A stretch of 59,566 nucleotides of DNA, counting the filler. It is 5 parts of 5 records of this genome, joined end to end, with 100 filler letters (N's around TTAATTAATTAA, not from the genome) between each part and the next. Parts side by side here need not be neighbours in the genome. Positions count along the whole stretch, not along the records: positions 1 to 12,487 come from SRR2962707_2615; 4 more parts are not named here. One strand, 5' to 3'. Of this stretch, positions 1 to 11,212 are shown piece by piece; the stretch's first letter is position 1, and each line of letters begins with the position of its first letter. Made by a program: the position numbers and the translations under genes. The notes beneath the pieces were generated by a model that was given only the letters and a program-made list of their open reading frames with translations, ran no database searches and had not been told where the DNA came from.

Positions 1-125
1 AAGGGGCGCTATTGTATCCTTTCTCTTGCCGGTTTGCCTCCACCCGAATGGCCAGTTGACCAAACATCCGGAAGGATCTGGTAGAATCGCGCTGCTTAAT
101 CACTCCGCCACGGGCCGACCACTGA

Positions 126-2003
126 ATGTACATGGACCAGGACTTCGACCAACTCGCCACTGAACCACCCACCGCTGCGGGCCGAAATCCGGAGCAGGTT
201 CTGCACGAGGTATTTGGTTACGAGAGTTTTCGGCCCCTGCAGGGGGATATTGTCCGGGAAGTGGTCAACGGCGGTGATGCCCTTGTGTTGATGCCCACCG
301 GGGGTGGTAAATCCCTGTGTTATCAGGTGCCCGCTCTGGTTCGGCCCGGCACCGCTATTGTTATCTCACCGCTGATCGCGCTTATGCAGGATCAGGTGGC
401 GGCGTTGCGGGAGCTTGGAGTGAAAGCGGCGTTCCTGAATTCCACCATGGATTTCGAACAGGCCCGTGCCACCGAATACGCCCTGGCGACCGGCGAGCTT
501 GACCTGCTCTATTGCGCGCCGGAACGGCTGATTCAGCCGCGAACCATTGAGCTGCTGCATAACGCGTCCCTGTCGTTGTTTGCCATAGACGAGGCTCACT
601 GCGTCTCCCAGTGGGGGCACGATTTCCGGTCCGACTACCTTCAACTGAGCATGCTGGCCCAGGAATTTCCCGGCATCCCCCGTATCGCACTGACAGCGAC
701 CGCTGATGAGCGCACGCGAAAAGAGATTGCGGAACGGCTGTCGCTGACCACCGCCCGGCATTTCATCAGTGGCTTTGATCGCCCCAACATTCAGTATCGG
801 ATTACGCCAAAGACCAACGCAAACAAGCAGTTGTTGGACTTTATTAAAGCAGAGCATGAAGGTGATTGCGGTATTGTCTATTGCTTGTCCCGAAACAAGG
901 TCGATGCCACAGCCCGATTACTGAGCAGCAAGGGCTATACCGCACTGCCCTACCATGCCGGGCTGAGCGCCGAAGACCGCGCCCGCAATCAGGATCGTTT
1001 TCTCAGGGAAGATGGCGTTATTGTGGTGGCAACCATTGCCTTTGGCATGGGCATCGATAAACCTGATGTGCGTTTTGTCGCCCACCTGGACCTCCCCAAA
1101 AGCCTGGAAGCCTATTACCAGGAAACGGGCCGGGCGGGCCGGGATGGCAAACCGTCCACCGCGTGGATGGTCTATGGCCTGCAGGATGTCATCAAACTCC
1201 GGCAGATGCTGGAGGCCTCTCAGGGTAACGATCAGTTCAAGCGGGTTGAGCGACAGAAGCTGGATGCCATGCTTGGGCTATGCGAAGTGACCCAGTGCCG
1301 GCGACAAGTGTTGTTGCACTATTTTGGAGACAACCTGGAGGCTCCCTGCGGAAACTGCGATACCTGCCTGAACCCTCCGGAAACCTGGGATGGCACGGTG
1401 GCGGTGCAGAAGGCCCTCTCCTGCGTCTACCGCACCGGCCAGCGCTTTGGCGTTAACTATGTCATTGATGTACTTCGCGGGTCAGAGAATGAACGAATCC
1501 TGCAATCCGGCCACCAGGCGATCACCACCTATGGTATCGGTCAGGAACTGTCCGCGAACGAATGGAAATCGGTATTCCGGCAACTGGTGGCGAACGGCTA
1601 CCTGCGGGCAGACCCTGAGGGCTATGGCGCGCTTCAGCTAACCGAGCGATGCCGCCCCCTGCTCAAGGGCGCACAGGCAATTGAACTGCGGAAAGACCCG
1701 GTGGTCCGCAAAACCGCTGTTGGTAAGTCATCAACCAGCCGCCGGAGCGGCCAGAACGTGCGGGACCAGATTACCGACCACGCCGGGTGGGATGCGTTGC
1801 GGGCCTGCCGCAAAGAGCTGGCGGACAAGCAGGGCGTGCCGCCCTACGTGATCTTCCATGACACAACCCTTTTCGACATGCTTGAACGCCGCCCTTCCAC
1901 CCTGGAAGAGCTGGCCGAGGTCAGCGGCGTGGGCGCCGCCAAGCTGGAAAAGTATGGCGACGCTTTCCTGCAGGCGCTACGCTCTATCAATCCTGAGGTT
2001 TGA
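126..2003 (+). CDS. recQ: ATP-dependent DNA helicase RecQ
   Basis: [12 protein letters not shown] Walker [25 protein letters not shown], Zn-binding CGNCDTC, C-terminal HRDC (VPPYVIFHD). Confidence 0.97.
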   Translation: MYMDQDFDQLATEPPTAAGRNPEQVLHEVFGYESFRPLQGDIVREVVNGGDALVLMPTGGGKSLCYQVPALVRPGTAIVISPLIALMQDQVAALRELGVKAAFLNSTMDFEQARATEYALATGELDLLYCAPERLIQPRTIELLHNASLSLFAIDEAHCVSQWGHDFRSDYLQLSMLAQEFPGIPRIALTATADERTRKEIAERLSLTTARHFISGFDRPNIQYRITPKTNANKQLLDFIKAEHEGDCGIVYCLSRNKVDATARLLSSKGYTALPYHAGLSAEDRARNQDRFLREDGVIVVATIAFGMGIDKPDVRFVAHLDLPKSLEAYYQETGRAGRDGKPSTAWMVYGLQDVIKLRQMLEASQGNDQFKRVERQKLDAMLGLCEVTQCRRQVLLHYFGDNLEAPCGNCDTCLNPPETWDGTVAVQKALSCVYRTGQRFGVNYVIDVLRGSENERILQSGHQAITTYGIGQELSANEWKSVFRQLVANGYLRADPEGYGALQLTERCRPLLKGAQAIELRKDPVVRKTAVGKSSTSRRSGQNVRDQITDHAGWDALRACRKELADKQGVPPYVIFHDTTLFDMLERRPSTLEELAEVSGVGAAKLEKYGDAFLQALRSINPEV

Positions 2004-2541
2004 AACCCTTCTTGCGCACCCGGTAATGGGCGATGGAGGTGGCGACGTGGTTGCCTTCTTCATCTCTCAGAATACCTTCCAGAGTGAATTTGGCCCTGCC
2101 GGTGGCGTCTGCATCGGCAAGGATGGCAGCCACCGCCTCTGGTGGTAGTTCAAATTCCACGGTCACATCTGAATTGGCCGGCTGCAGAAACTCCAGTGTC
2201 ATTTCCTTCAGAATTGGCGTATAGGCAGGGCCAAGGTCGAAGAGGGTCAACACCCCACCGGGAATCTCCGCCACCAGGAAATAGGCGCCAGCATACAGGC
2301 TACCAAAGTGGTTTTTATTGCCCTTGAGGCGCACGCGGGCTTTGACGTAGCCCGGGCGAAGCTCCTCAACGCTGAAGTGATTACGTGGCGCGAACGGTAT
2401 CGCCATACCAATAATGCGGTTAACCGCGGCATAACTGCCGGTCTTCTTGAGCCATTCCAGCGGTTGCAGCAGCGTCGCCTTGGGGTCACTGGAGCTTACC
2501 CATTGGCCGGCGGTGCCAATCAGAGAATCAATAAGAGCCAT
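1987..2541 (-). CDS. Hotdog-fold PaaI/DUF4442-type thioesterase family protein
   Basis: [12 protein letters not shown] motif; 3' end overlaps recQ convergently. Confidence 0.75.
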   Translation of the reverse strand: MALIDSLIGTAGQWVSSSDPKATLLQPLEWLKKTGSYAAVNRIIGMAIPFAPRNHFSVEELRPGYVKARVRLKGNKNHFGSLYAGAYFLVAEIPGGVLTLFDLGPAYTPILKEMTLEFLQPANSDVTVEFELPPEAVAAILADADATGRAKFTLEGILRDEEGNHVATSIAHYRVRKKGFKPQD

Positions 2542-2739
2542 AAAGCCATATCCTGAAGTACAGAAAAGGCGATCTTTACAGTCAGATACGGCTACTTCAA
2601 GAATCTTTTACAGTTTTTTTGAAACCTGTACGTTTCGAATAACGCTTTCTGATCTAAGCTGTAGCCAATGTCTGTAACGTTACCGTTGCTTGCAGCCGGA
2701 TAACAGGGAAAGGGCACGCAGTTGTACACATTCAATAAA

Positions 2740-3654
2740 ATGATAACGCGCCTCTGGCCAGTTCTGGCGCTTGCGGCGTGCATTCACGTTCAGCCAACGG
2801 CTGCGTCCGAATCCGAATCCAAATCGGCTCCCACACGAGACTACATACTCTGGTATCGCAACTACGATAACCCGGCGATTCGCAATCTGGTTGAACTCGC
2901 ATTGCGCAAAACCTCGGAGTACGGTGAGTTCCAGATTATCCGCAGTGAAGAAATAAGCCAGGGGCGCGCCCTTCGGGAACTGGCTAACCCTCAGAGCCGG
3001 ATTCTGGATATTGCGAACGTGGCGACATCAGAAGAGCGGGAAACATTTCTGAACGCCATTCCGGTACCTGTGGACGGCGGACTGCTCGGATTCAGGGTAT
3101 GCCTGGTGTTGCCGGAACAGCTCAGTCTGTTTGAGGGGGTATCCAGCCTGGACGACCTGCGCCAGCGAGATATCCGTATTGGCCAGGGCGCACACTGGCC
3201 AGACACCCCGATTCTCGAAGCTAACGGCATTACCGTGATCACCCACACCCGCTATGAAATACTCTTTGGTATGCTTCGCAATAAACGCTTCGACTGTTAC
3301 GCCCGCGGTGTGAGCGAAGTGCTGTTCGACCTCGAACATAACAAAGCCGACGACCTGGTAATCGAGCCAAACATCCTGCTGGCCTACGCCATGCCATCCT
3401 ACCTTTTTGTGGCCCCGGACGATCACGAAACCGCGCAACGCCTGCAACTGGGTCTGGAGCGAGCGATCCTGGACGGCAGCTTCGCGGTGTATCTGAAAAA
3501 CTGGTTTGGCAGAGCGGTATCATCACTGGGCCTTGATCGGCGCACAGTAATCACGTTGGAGAATCCGTATCTTAGTGAAGAATCCAGATATGTCGGGCGT
3601 CGAACCCTGGAAAACCTGGAGCGCCGCGTTGAGCTACTGAGTGTCGGAGACTAG
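2740..3654 (+). CDS. Orphan periplasmic solute-binding-type protein
   Basis: Signal peptide; GLLGFRV, GQGAHWPDTPIL and RFDCYARG motifs typical of marine gammaproteobacterial PBP2-like proteins; ATG 2740 preferred over TTG 2722. Confidence 0.65.
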   Translation: MITRLWPVLALAACIHVQPTAASESESKSAPTRDYILWYRNYDNPAIRNLVELALRKTSEYGEFQIIRSEEISQGRALRELANPQSRILDIANVATSEERETFLNAIPVPVDGGLLGFRVCLVLPEQLSLFEGVSSLDDLRQRDIRIGQGAHWPDTPILEANGITVITHTRYEILFGMLRNKRFDCYARGVSEVLFDLEHNKADDLVIEPNILLAYAMPSYLFVAPDDHETAQRLQLGLERAILDGSFAVYLKNWFGRAVSSLGLDRRTVITLENPYLSEESRYVGRRTLENLERRVELLSVGD

Positions 3655-3678
3655 CGGGCCATCCCTGGCCGCCACGAA

Positions 3679-5580
3679 TTACACCCGGAAACGGGTTACC
3701 TTGTCATTCAGCACACTGCCGATAGTCTCGATGTGGCCACTGTAAACATCGTTCTCGCTGGCCGCCTTGGCCGCTTCCTGGCCCTGGTCAGCAATGCGGG
3801 TGATGGACGCATTCAACTCTTCGGTCACCGATGTCTGCTCCTCGGAGGCCGTGGCGATCTGTGAGGTCATCTGACTGATGGCGGTAATCGCCTCCACAAT
3901 CCGGTTCAGAGACTCCATCGCATCCTGCGCTTTTTCCATACTCACGTTGGATACCGCCGTAGAGGCTTTCATAACGTCTACCGCATCGTTGGCGCCTTTC
4001 TGCAGCCGCTCGATCATGTTGTTGATTTCTTCGGTGGAAGACTGGGTACGCTGAGCGAGATTCCGAACCTCATCGGCCACTACCGCAAATCCGCGCCCAG
4101 CATCCCCTGCCCGCGCCGCTTCAATGGCCGCGTTCAGTGCCAGCAGATTGGTTTGTTCCGCAATGCCCTGAATGACTTCAAGTACAGTCGTAATCGACGA
4201 AACATCCTTACCAAGGGTGTCGATAACCTCGGCGGCGGCGTTTATCTCACCCACCAGCTTCTGCACCGCATCCCGCGAGGCGGTGACGGTCTCCAGGGAA
4301 CCCCGGCTTTCCTGGTCTGCATTCTCTGCGGCTTCCGCAGTTTGCTGGGCATTCTGGGCAATCTCACCCGCCGCCGCGGACATTTCGTTAATTGCCGTCG
4401 CGATCATGTCGATCTCATGCTGCTGGTTTTCAACACTGGAGCGACTGTCGCTGGACGTCTGTCGGAGCGACTTTACGTTCTCCTCCAGTTCGTCGCTGCC
4501 CTCTTTTACTTCTTTTACAACCTGCTGGATGTTCTCAACAAAGCTATTGAAGCTGCGCGCCAACTGCCCAAACTCATCAGACGCAGAGTCATCAAGACGC
4601 TTGGTAAGATCCGCATCTCCGGAAGCGATGCGAGACATGGCGCCATTAAGCCTGCGAACCGGCGCAAGAAGGAAGCTAATCGCAAAGTAGAGCAAGACAA
4701 GCGCAACAATCAGCCCTACCCCGGCGATGATCAGGCCCATAGTCCGAGCCTCGACGATGGGAGCACTGATCAGGTTTTCATTCACGAACGTAGCCAGGTA
4801 CCAGTCCACGGCCCGGGCTTCGCTGATGGGGTGAAAGCTGACACTCCACTCGGCACCCTCGCTCTCAAATCCCTGCAGAGAACCGTCCAGAACCGGCTGC
4901 TGACCGATCATGCCGCTGATGTTCTTGCCAACAATCTCGCTGTTGGGGTGAAACAGGACCGTGCCGGAATTGTTAATTAACGCCGCATAGCCCGTCTCTG
5001 CCAGGGTAATGGTCGATAGCATCTGATCGATTGTGTTGAGACTGATATCCATACCGGCCACGCCAACATAATTGCCCCGCTTGATTGGCGCCATGGCGGA
5101 AATAATGGTCTCGTCCGAGGTTGCATCCAGGTACGGATCGGTAAACGACGCCTGCCCCAAACGCTGGGCTTTCTGGTACCAGGGGCGTACCCGGGGGTCA
5201 TAATCGGGTGGAAGCGTGGCCTCTACTTCGGCACTTCGCATCAGCATGCGGCCATCTTCGGTGCCGGCGTACACGTCCTTGATGTTGCCACCTTCGGTCA
5301 TGGCTTCCATAAGAACGCGGGCGTTATCGTCGTTGCGAGTCCGTTCCAGCGCCTTCGCCGTCGCTTCCGCCATATCCAGGCGCGTATTGAGCCAATCGGC
5401 AATACTCGACGTACTCTGGGCCACCGCATCGCTCATCAGCGCGCTAACGTAGCGATCGGTCGTTGAGCGGAGCCGAATATCGTTGGAAATTGTCAGGGCG
5501 CCCATAATCAACACGATCAGGGAGCCAATTGCGATCAGCAATTTCTGGGCGAATGATAGGTTCAAGCTGACGGCCTCCAA
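3679..5580 (-). CDS. Methyl-accepting chemotaxis protein, dCache_1 amino-acid sensor (PctA-like)
   Basis: Two TM helices, [12 protein letters not shown] amino-acid-binding motif, HAMP, MCP signature [20 protein letters not shown]; exact start uncertain. Confidence 0.92.
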   Translation of the reverse strand: MEAVSLNLSFAQKLLIAIGSLIVLIMGALTISNDIRLRSTTDRYVSALMSDAVAQSTSSIADWLNTRLDMAEATAKALERTRNDDNARVLMEAMTEGGNIKDVYAGTEDGRMLMRSAEVEATLPPDYDPRVRPWYQKAQRLGQASFTDPYLDATSDETIISAMAPIKRGNYVGVAGMDISLNTIDQMLSTITLAETGYAALINNSGTVLFHPNSEIVGKNISGMIGQQPVLDGSLQGFESEGAEWSVSFHPISEARAVDWYLATFVNENLISAPIVEARTMGLIIAGVGLIVALVLLYFAISFLLAPVRRLNGAMSRIASGDADLTKRLDDSASDEFGQLARSFNSFVENIQQVVKEVKEGSDELEENVKSLRQTSSDSRSSVENQQHEIDMIATAINEMSAAAGEIAQNAQQTAEAAENADQESRGSLETVTASRDAVQKLVGEINAAAEVIDTLGKDVSSITTVLEVIQGIAEQTNLLALNAAIEAARAGDAGRGFAVVADEVRNLAQRTQSSTEEINNMIERLQKGANDAVDVMKASTAVSNVSMEKAQDAMESLNRIVEAITAISQMTSQIATASEEQTSVTEELNASITRIADQGQEAAKAASENDVYSGHIETIGSVLNDKVTRFRV

Positions 5581-5721
5581 TCAGGGTCAAAAACAAATTG
5601 CATTTATCATTTAGTGTAGTCGAAACATACTTACTAACGGCAGATCCTGCGAAGTCTTGAACACTCTTTGCTAGAATGCTGAGATCACAGCACATTCGCC
5701 AGACACGACAGGGAGAACCCT

Positions 5722-7242
5722 ATGGCCCATGAAGAGCTCCACCTGAATCTGCGTAACCTGACCCTTGATGACTACGGCCAGTTGCAAGAGTTGATGGATC
5801 GGGTTTACGACGACATTGGTGGCGCATGGCCAAAAGAAACCATCAAGGCTCTGGTAGAACAGTTTCCGGATGGCCAGATCTGTATCGAAGACAACGGCCA
5901 GTTGGTGGCGGTGGCGCTCACGGTATGCGTGAAATACGAAAGATTCAGCAACCCTCACGCCTACGACGACCTGATTCTGCGTAACGAGAAAATCTGGCAC
6001 AACCCCAACGGCGATTCGCTTTACGGCCTGGATGTGTTTATAGACCCCGAATACCGGGGCTATCGACTGGGGCGTCGCCTGTATGAAGCACGAAAAGAGC
6101 TCTGTCGTTCCATGAACCTGCGGGCCATCCTCGCCGGAGGGCGGATTCCCAGCTACTTCAAGTACGCCGAGCAATACACTCCGGAAGAATACATTCAGCG
6201 CGTTGATCGCAAGGAAATCTACGACCCGATCCTGACGTTCCAGCTTTCCAACGATTTCCAGGTTACCCGGCTGATGCACAAATACCTGCCGGAAGACCAG
6301 AAATCCCTCGGATATGCAACGTTGCTGGAGTGGAGAAACATTCTCTATACGCCCCCCTCATCGGTACTCAACGTCAAAAAAACCCAGGTGCGCATGGGGG
6401 CGGTGCAGTGGCAGATGCGGGAGTTCACCTCGGTGGAGGAAGTGCTCAAGCAGGTTGAGTACTTCGTGGACGCACTGTCGGATTATAAAAGCGACTTTGC
6501 CCTGTTCCCGGAATTTTTCAACGCGCCGCTGATGGGGCTGACCGACCAGATGGATCAGACCCGTGCCATTCGGTTCCTCGCCGGCTTTACCGAACAGTTC
6601 CGCAACGAAATGTCGGAAATGGCCGTCAGTTATAATATCAACATTATCACCGGCTCCATGCCGCTGATTGAAGATGACCGGGTCTACAACGTCTCATACC
6701 TGTGCCACCGTGACGGTCGTGTAGACGAGCAGCGCAAGGTCCACATCACCCCTCACGAACGTCGCGACTGGGTTATTGAGGGTGGTGATAAATTCCAGGT
6801 ATTCGATACCGATGCCGGCCGTGTCGCCATCATGATCTGCTACGACATTGAGTTTCCGGAACTGGGCCGTATCGCCGCCAGTCAGGATGTGGACATTATC
6901 TGTGTCCCCTTCTGGACCGATACCAAGAACGGCTATTTGCGCGTGCGCCATTGTGCCCAGGCCCGGGCCATAGAAAACGAGTGCTACGTGGTGATTACCG
7001 GCAGCGTGGGCAACCTGCCGAAAGTGGAAAACCTGGATGTTCAGTACGCCCAGTCTTCGGTATTCTCGCCGTCGGATTTCGCATTTCCACATGATGCAGT
7101 GATGGCAGAAACTACACCGAACACCGAAATGATCATGTTTTCAGACATGGATCTGGAAAAGCTCAAACTGGTCAGAAACGAAGGTTCTGTCACCAATCTG
7201 AAAGATCGACGTGTTGACCTTTACGAGCTGAAAACCCGGTAA
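5722..7242 (+). CDS. GNAT acetyltransferase / carbon-nitrogen hydrolase fusion
   Basis: N-terminal YRGYRLGRRL acetyl-CoA motif; nitrilase triad FPEFF, RKVHITP, ICYDIEFPE. Confidence 0.9.
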   Translation: MAHEELHLNLRNLTLDDYGQLQELMDRVYDDIGGAWPKETIKALVEQFPDGQICIEDNGQLVAVALTVCVKYERFSNPHAYDDLILRNEKIWHNPNGDSLYGLDVFIDPEYRGYRLGRRLYEARKELCRSMNLRAILAGGRIPSYFKYAEQYTPEEYIQRVDRKEIYDPILTFQLSNDFQVTRLMHKYLPEDQKSLGYATLLEWRNILYTPPSSVLNVKKTQVRMGAVQWQMREFTSVEEVLKQVEYFVDALSDYKSDFALFPEFFNAPLMGLTDQMDQTRAIRFLAGFTEQFRNEMSEMAVSYNINIITGSMPLIEDDRVYNVSYLCHRDGRVDEQRKVHITPHERRDWVIEGGDKFQVFDTDAGRVAIMICYDIEFPELGRIAASQDVDIICVPFWTDTKNGYLRVRHCAQARAIENECYVVITGSVGNLPKVENLDVQYAQSSVFSPSDFAFPHDAVMAETTPNTEMIMFSDMDLEKLKLVRNEGSVTNLKDRRVDLYELKTR

Positions 7243-7248
7243 TGGGCA

Positions 7249-7276
7249 GATTTGGCCCCGCACAGGGGGCCAAATC
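7249..7276 (+). terminator. GC-rich hairpin, probable terminator
   Basis: GATTTGGCCCC-N6-GGGGCCAAATC just after the stop codon. Confidence 0.6.
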
Positions 7277-7402
7277 CTGATTATTTCCATGAACGGGCTG
7301 CGGTAGATAGCTGACGGCATTGCCAAAAGTTTCTGGCCCGTCTATTGTTTAATTAATGTTCAGTATATATCTGGCCGACCTCAATAGCAGAGCAAGCGTT
7401 CC

Positions 7403-7801
7403 ATGAACGAAGAACTACCGGACCTGGTCGCGCGTTTCCGAATCCGACACGGCATTTTTCGCAAGGAAACCGTTGAAGCGCGACTTTATGAACTCGACAG
7501 TTACGGCTGCGTGATGAAAACGGATAAGCTGTTTGAACCTGGGGATACCGTGGTTCTCGACCTTGTTATGGATATGCCGTTTGAAGAAATCCGTGCCGAA
7601 GGCCTGACCGGCCTGGTTACCGAAAAGAGAAAACACTGTAGCAACTTCTTCTACTCGCTTGATTTTGTTGAGCTAAATGCTCGAGACGAATCACCGCTCT
7701 CTGACAAGCTGCGGCGCATAAGAGAAGTTGTTCTCAAGAAACAGAGCCTGAAATCCCGGCGTGGGTCCAGTCCCGCTTCCGGTATGAGACAAATGGCCTG
7801 A
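7403..7801 (+). CDS. Hypothetical protein, PilZ-like beta-barrel suspected
   Basis: Pattern LYELDSYGCVM...FEPGDTVVL...YSLDF resembles degenerate PilZ. Confidence 0.55.
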   Translation: MNEELPDLVARFRIRHGIFRKETVEARLYELDSYGCVMKTDKLFEPGDTVVLDLVMDMPFEEIRAEGLTGLVTEKRKHCSNFFYSLDFVELNARDESPLSDKLRRIREVVLKKQSLKSRRGSSPASGMRQMA

Positions 7802-7847
7802 TGCCCGTTCACTTCACCCGCACTTCCCTTCCGTAAGGAGACACTCC

Positions 7848-8480
7848 ATGGCAAAGAAAGCCAAGCCAAGCGTTGATAAGATCGTCAAGAAAGTAAACAA
7901 AGAGTTCGAGAAAACATCCGCCCAGATCGAAGGGCTGATTAACGACGCACTGAAGCAGTTCGACAACCTGCAGAACCAGGTTCAGGAGCCAGTACGCAAG
8001 CTCCTGAAAGACATGGATGAGCTGCGTGATCGTGAAATGAAGCGCTTTAACGACGAATTTGAGCGCCGCATGAATGAATTCCACGAACTGCAGTCGGCAT
8101 TGCTGGAGCGCCTGGGTATCGCTTCAAAGGAAACTGGCAAGTCAGTGTCCAAGTCCGGCGAATCAACCTCGAAGGCCAGTGGTACCAAGAAAGCGGCTCC
8201 GGCCAAGAAAACCGCCGCTGCCAAGCCGGCCGCCAAGAAAACGAGCACTGCCAAGCCCAAGGCCGCAGCTCCGAAGAAATCGGCCAAGCCGGCAGACAAG
8301 TCTGACCTTACCCGCGTGAAGGGCATTGGCCCGGCAACCGCAAAGAAAATGAAAGAGGCTGGCATTACCTCCATCGAGCAGATTGCCAACCCCAGCGATG
8401 CGGACAAGCAGAAACTGGAAGCATTCAAGAGCCTGAAAGGGTTCAGCGAGTTGTCTGCCGAAGCGAAAAAGGTACTCTGA
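7848..8480 (+). CDS. Helix-hairpin-helix protein with amphipathic N-terminus and Ala/Lys/Pro-rich linker
   Basis: AAGGAG RBS; KKAAPAKKTAAAKPAAKK repeats; DLTRVKGIGPATAKKM HhH motif. Confidence 0.8.
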   Translation: MAKKAKPSVDKIVKKVNKEFEKTSAQIEGLINDALKQFDNLQNQVQEPVRKLLKDMDELRDREMKRFNDEFERRMNEFHELQSALLERLGIASKETGKSVSKSGESTSKASGTKKAAPAKKTAAAKPAAKKTSTAKPKAAAPKKSAKPADKSDLTRVKGIGPATAKKMKEAGITSIEQIANPSDADKQKLEAFKSLKGFSELSAEAKKVL

Positions 8481-8510
8481 AACCTATCTCGCAACCCAAT
8501 GCCTTGAAAT

Positions 8511-8541
8511 AAAGGGTAGGCCCGTCGGCCTACCCTTTTTT
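8511..8541. terminator. Bidirectional intrinsic terminator
   Basis: AAAGGGTAGGCC-cgtc-GGCCTACCCTTTTTT between convergent genes, overlapping the senB stop. Confidence 0.8.
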
Positions 8542-9495
8542 GCATCTGACCAGGGCGAGTTCTAGGCTTTCCAGTTCGCTCTCCGGGGTAAATCCAGACG
8601 CAAGGGCATTTACCTTCGCTCGCAGTTCCGCCAGGAATTCCGCGTCGGTTTCCGCACGTAACATCAGGCTCGCCAGAGCTTTATCGTCTTTAACCGGAAA
8701 ATAGCCGGGATAGTCATCGCCCAGCAAACCACGGTTGCCGGGAATGTCAGAGGCAAGAATCGGCAAGCCCGCCCGACAGGCTTCCGACACCACATTCGCC
8801 CCACCCTCCATGATGGAACTGATCACCATAAGATTACTCACGGCCATCAGGTGCTCCAGCTTTGGCTTGTCCAACTCACCCAGATAATGAAACCGGGGAT
8901 AGGACCGGCTTTCTTCCAGCGCCTTTTCCCGCCACGCCTCGTTGTGGGCCTTGCCGGCGCAGGAAACCACAATGCGGGATTGCTCAGGAAGGTGGTAGCA
9001 GGCCCAGGCAGCACGCAGAGAATCCTTTTCGTCACGCAGATGGCCAATAACGCAAACGTGGAACTGGTTCTTTTCTGCCCGGGCGCTGCCCGCCACTGAC
9101 GGCTTGGACGCGGATTGCCGCAGGCACAGCAATTTGTCGTGGTAGCGTTCGGGAATATCCTCGGCCACCAGATCATGCAGCCCGATCAACAGATCAGCGG
9201 CGTCCATGGAGGCCCATGTGATGTCCGGAAACTCGCGCTGAAAGCGGTATATGTCTGTGCCGGTAAGTACCACGATCAAAGGTTTATCGGGCCATGTTTC
9301 CCGGTACCGCTTAACCGCGTCAGCACTTCGCCAGGCGTGCAGGGCAATCAGGCAGTCCGTTTCCTGGCCCTGATATTCTGTCACCACTTCCACCTGATGA
9401 CTGGCTGCTTCCAGCAGACCCTGCCAGCGCAGTGCGGTGGCCCGATTACCTGCTTTTGAATCCGGGCCGGCTGGAGTTACTATGGTCAATCGCAT
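8530..9495 (-). CDS. senB: Selenosugar synthase SenB-like glycosyltransferase (TIGR04348-type)
   Basis: MRLTIVTPA..GNRATALRW, IALHAWRS, VLTGTDIY, GHLRDEKD and SIMEGGANVVSEA motifs; start reassigned to ATG 9495. Confidence 0.85.
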   Translation of the reverse strand: MRLTIVTPAGPDSKAGNRATALRWQGLLEAASHQVEVVTEYQGQETDCLIALHAWRSADAVKRYRETWPDKPLIVVLTGTDIYRFQREFPDITWASMDAADLLIGLHDLVAEDIPERYHDKLLCLRQSASKPSVAGSARAEKNQFHVCVIGHLRDEKDSLRAAWACYHLPEQSRIVVSCAGKAHNEAWREKALEESRSYPRFHYLGELDKPKLEHLMAVSNLMVISSIMEGGANVVSEACRAGLPILASDIPGNRGLLGDDYPGYFPVKDDKALASLMLRAETDAEFLAELRAKVNALASGFTPESELESLELALVRCKKG

Positions 9496-9662
9496 GGCGG
9501 TCACTTGTTCTGATTTTGAAAAATTCTGCCTGTGGCACTGCGCCAGGTAAAGCCTTCCCTCGTATACCGGTTCAGACTTGATGGAAATCACGTTATCCTG
9601 ACTGGGTTTTCAGGTACATGGCAACGTTTTTCACCAACCCCCACCTCGCAAAGGAATGATTC

Positions 9663-10544
9663 ATGATGGCAATCAGCAACCTCAGAAAATGGCTGGCGAC
9701 GGGCCTGCTTTCGCTGGCAGCGGCAACCACCGTTCAGGCAGACACTTTCGTATTCACCGCCATTCCGGATGAAGATGAAACCAAGCTGGTCGAGCGCTTT
9801 CGTGGCGTGGCTGACTATCTTCAGGAGCAACTGGATGTTGAGGTGCGTTACATCCCGGTGAAATCCTACGCCGCTGCGGTATCGGCCTTCCGCAACAACC
9901 AGGTACAACTGGCGTGGTTTGGGGGCTTGTCTGGTGTTCAGGCCCGTCGACTGGTTCCGGGTTCCGAAGCCATTGCTCAAGGCGTTGAAGACGAAGCCTT
10001 CGAGACCTACTTTATCGCCAACACGAGCACTGGAATTCAGCCGGCCGACAGCCTGGATGAGCTGGAAGACGAACTGCGCGGCAAAACCTTTACCTTCGGT
10101 TCAAAAGGTTCGACCTCGGGCCGCCTGATGCCGGAGTTCTACATTCGGGATGTCTTCAATGAAGCGCCGGATTCCCTGTTCTCCCGGGTTGGATTCAGTG
10201 GCAACCATACCCGTACCCTTCGCCTGGTCGAGGCCGGAACCTATGAAGTGGGTGCCCTGAACTTCCAGGTTTGGGAAAAAGAACTGGAAAACGGCAATAT
10301 CGATACTGATTCCGTTCAGGTAGTCTGGAAAACACCTTCCTACCCGGATTATCAGTGGACCATCCGTGGTGATGTCGACGAGCGTTTTGGTGATGGCTTC
10401 AAGGAGAGAGTCACCGAAGCCCTGCTGAAGCTGGATGATCCTGCCTTGCTGGAGAGCTTCCCCCGCTCAGGCTTCATCCCGGCATCCAATGACGACTACG
10501 AGCCCATTCGTGCAACAGCGGAAAACATCGGAATTCTCGATTGA
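9663..10544 (+). CDS. PhnD-like ABC substrate-binding protein, putative selenate/selenium-compound family
   Basis: Signal peptide, FTAIPDEDET, AWFGGLSGVQAR, GSTSGRLMP; divergent from senB. Confidence 0.85.
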   Translation: MMAISNLRKWLATGLLSLAAATTVQADTFVFTAIPDEDETKLVERFRGVADYLQEQLDVEVRYIPVKSYAAAVSAFRNNQVQLAWFGGLSGVQARRLVPGSEAIAQGVEDEAFETYFIANTSTGIQPADSLDELEDELRGKTFTFGSKGSTSGRLMPEFYIRDVFNEAPDSLFSRVGFSGNHTRTLRLVEAGTYEVGALNFQVWEKELENGNIDTDSVQVVWKTPSYPDYQWTIRGDVDERFGDGFKERVTEALLKLDDPALLESFPRSGFIPASNDDYEPIRATAENIGILD

Positions 10545-11194
10545 TGTCAGGCTTTGATTTCCATGGACTGACCGCCAGTTTCGATGGAGAGCGGGTTATT
10601 GGCCCGCTCTCCTTCCGAATCAATGAAGGGGAACACGTTGGTCTGGTTGGCAAAAGTGGTGCCGGCAAATCCACGCTTATCCGCTTGCTATATGACCGGC
10701 TCGAAGGCAAGGCTTCACTCGTTCCCCAGGGCCTGGGATTGGTCAACGCCCTTCCTGTCTTCCACAATGTGTTTATGGGGCAACTGGACCAGCATGCCAC
10801 CTGGTACAACACGCTTACGCTGATCCGTCCGTTCCGGCGGGACAAAGACGCCATCCGGGCGTTACTGACCGAACTGGGTATACCAGAAAAACTCTGGATT
10901 CCCGCGGCAGCACTGTCTGGCGGCCAACGGCAACGGGTGGCCATTGCGCGGGCACTCTATCGGCAGGCGCCAACTCTGTTGGCCGATGAGCCCATTTCCG
11001 CCCTGGACGGGCCAATGGCCCAGCAGGTGATGACCATGCTTACCAATCAATTCACCACCAGTATTGTTGCCCTGCACGATGTGGAGATGGCTCTGGCACA
11101 CTGTACCCGCATCATCGGTATTCAGGACGGCCAGATTGCCCTGGACCAGCCGGCCAGTGAGCTGACCGCCGCTGACATTTCCGTTCTCTACTGA
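10544..11194 (+). CDS. ABC transporter ATP-binding protein (PhnC-like)
   Basis: GKSGAGKST, LSGGQRQRVAIARA, LADEP; TGATG coupling to upstream gene. Confidence 0.92.
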   Translation: MSGFDFHGLTASFDGERVIGPLSFRINEGEHVGLVGKSGAGKSTLIRLLYDRLEGKASLVPQGLGLVNALPVFHNVFMGQLDQHATWYNTLTLIRPFRRDKDAIRALLTELGIPEKLWIPAAALSGGQRQRVAIARALYRQAPTLLADEPISALDGPMAQQVMTMLTNQFTTSIVALHDVEMALAHCTRIIGIQDGQIALDQPASELTAADISVLY

Positions 11195-11212
11195 CAGGCA
11201 CCGACTCTCAGC

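Noticed and set aside
10541-10546. TGA at the end of the SBP as possible selenocysteine readthrough
   Set aside because: Ordinary TGATG stop/start coupling; the SBP is full length and the ATPase is in another frame
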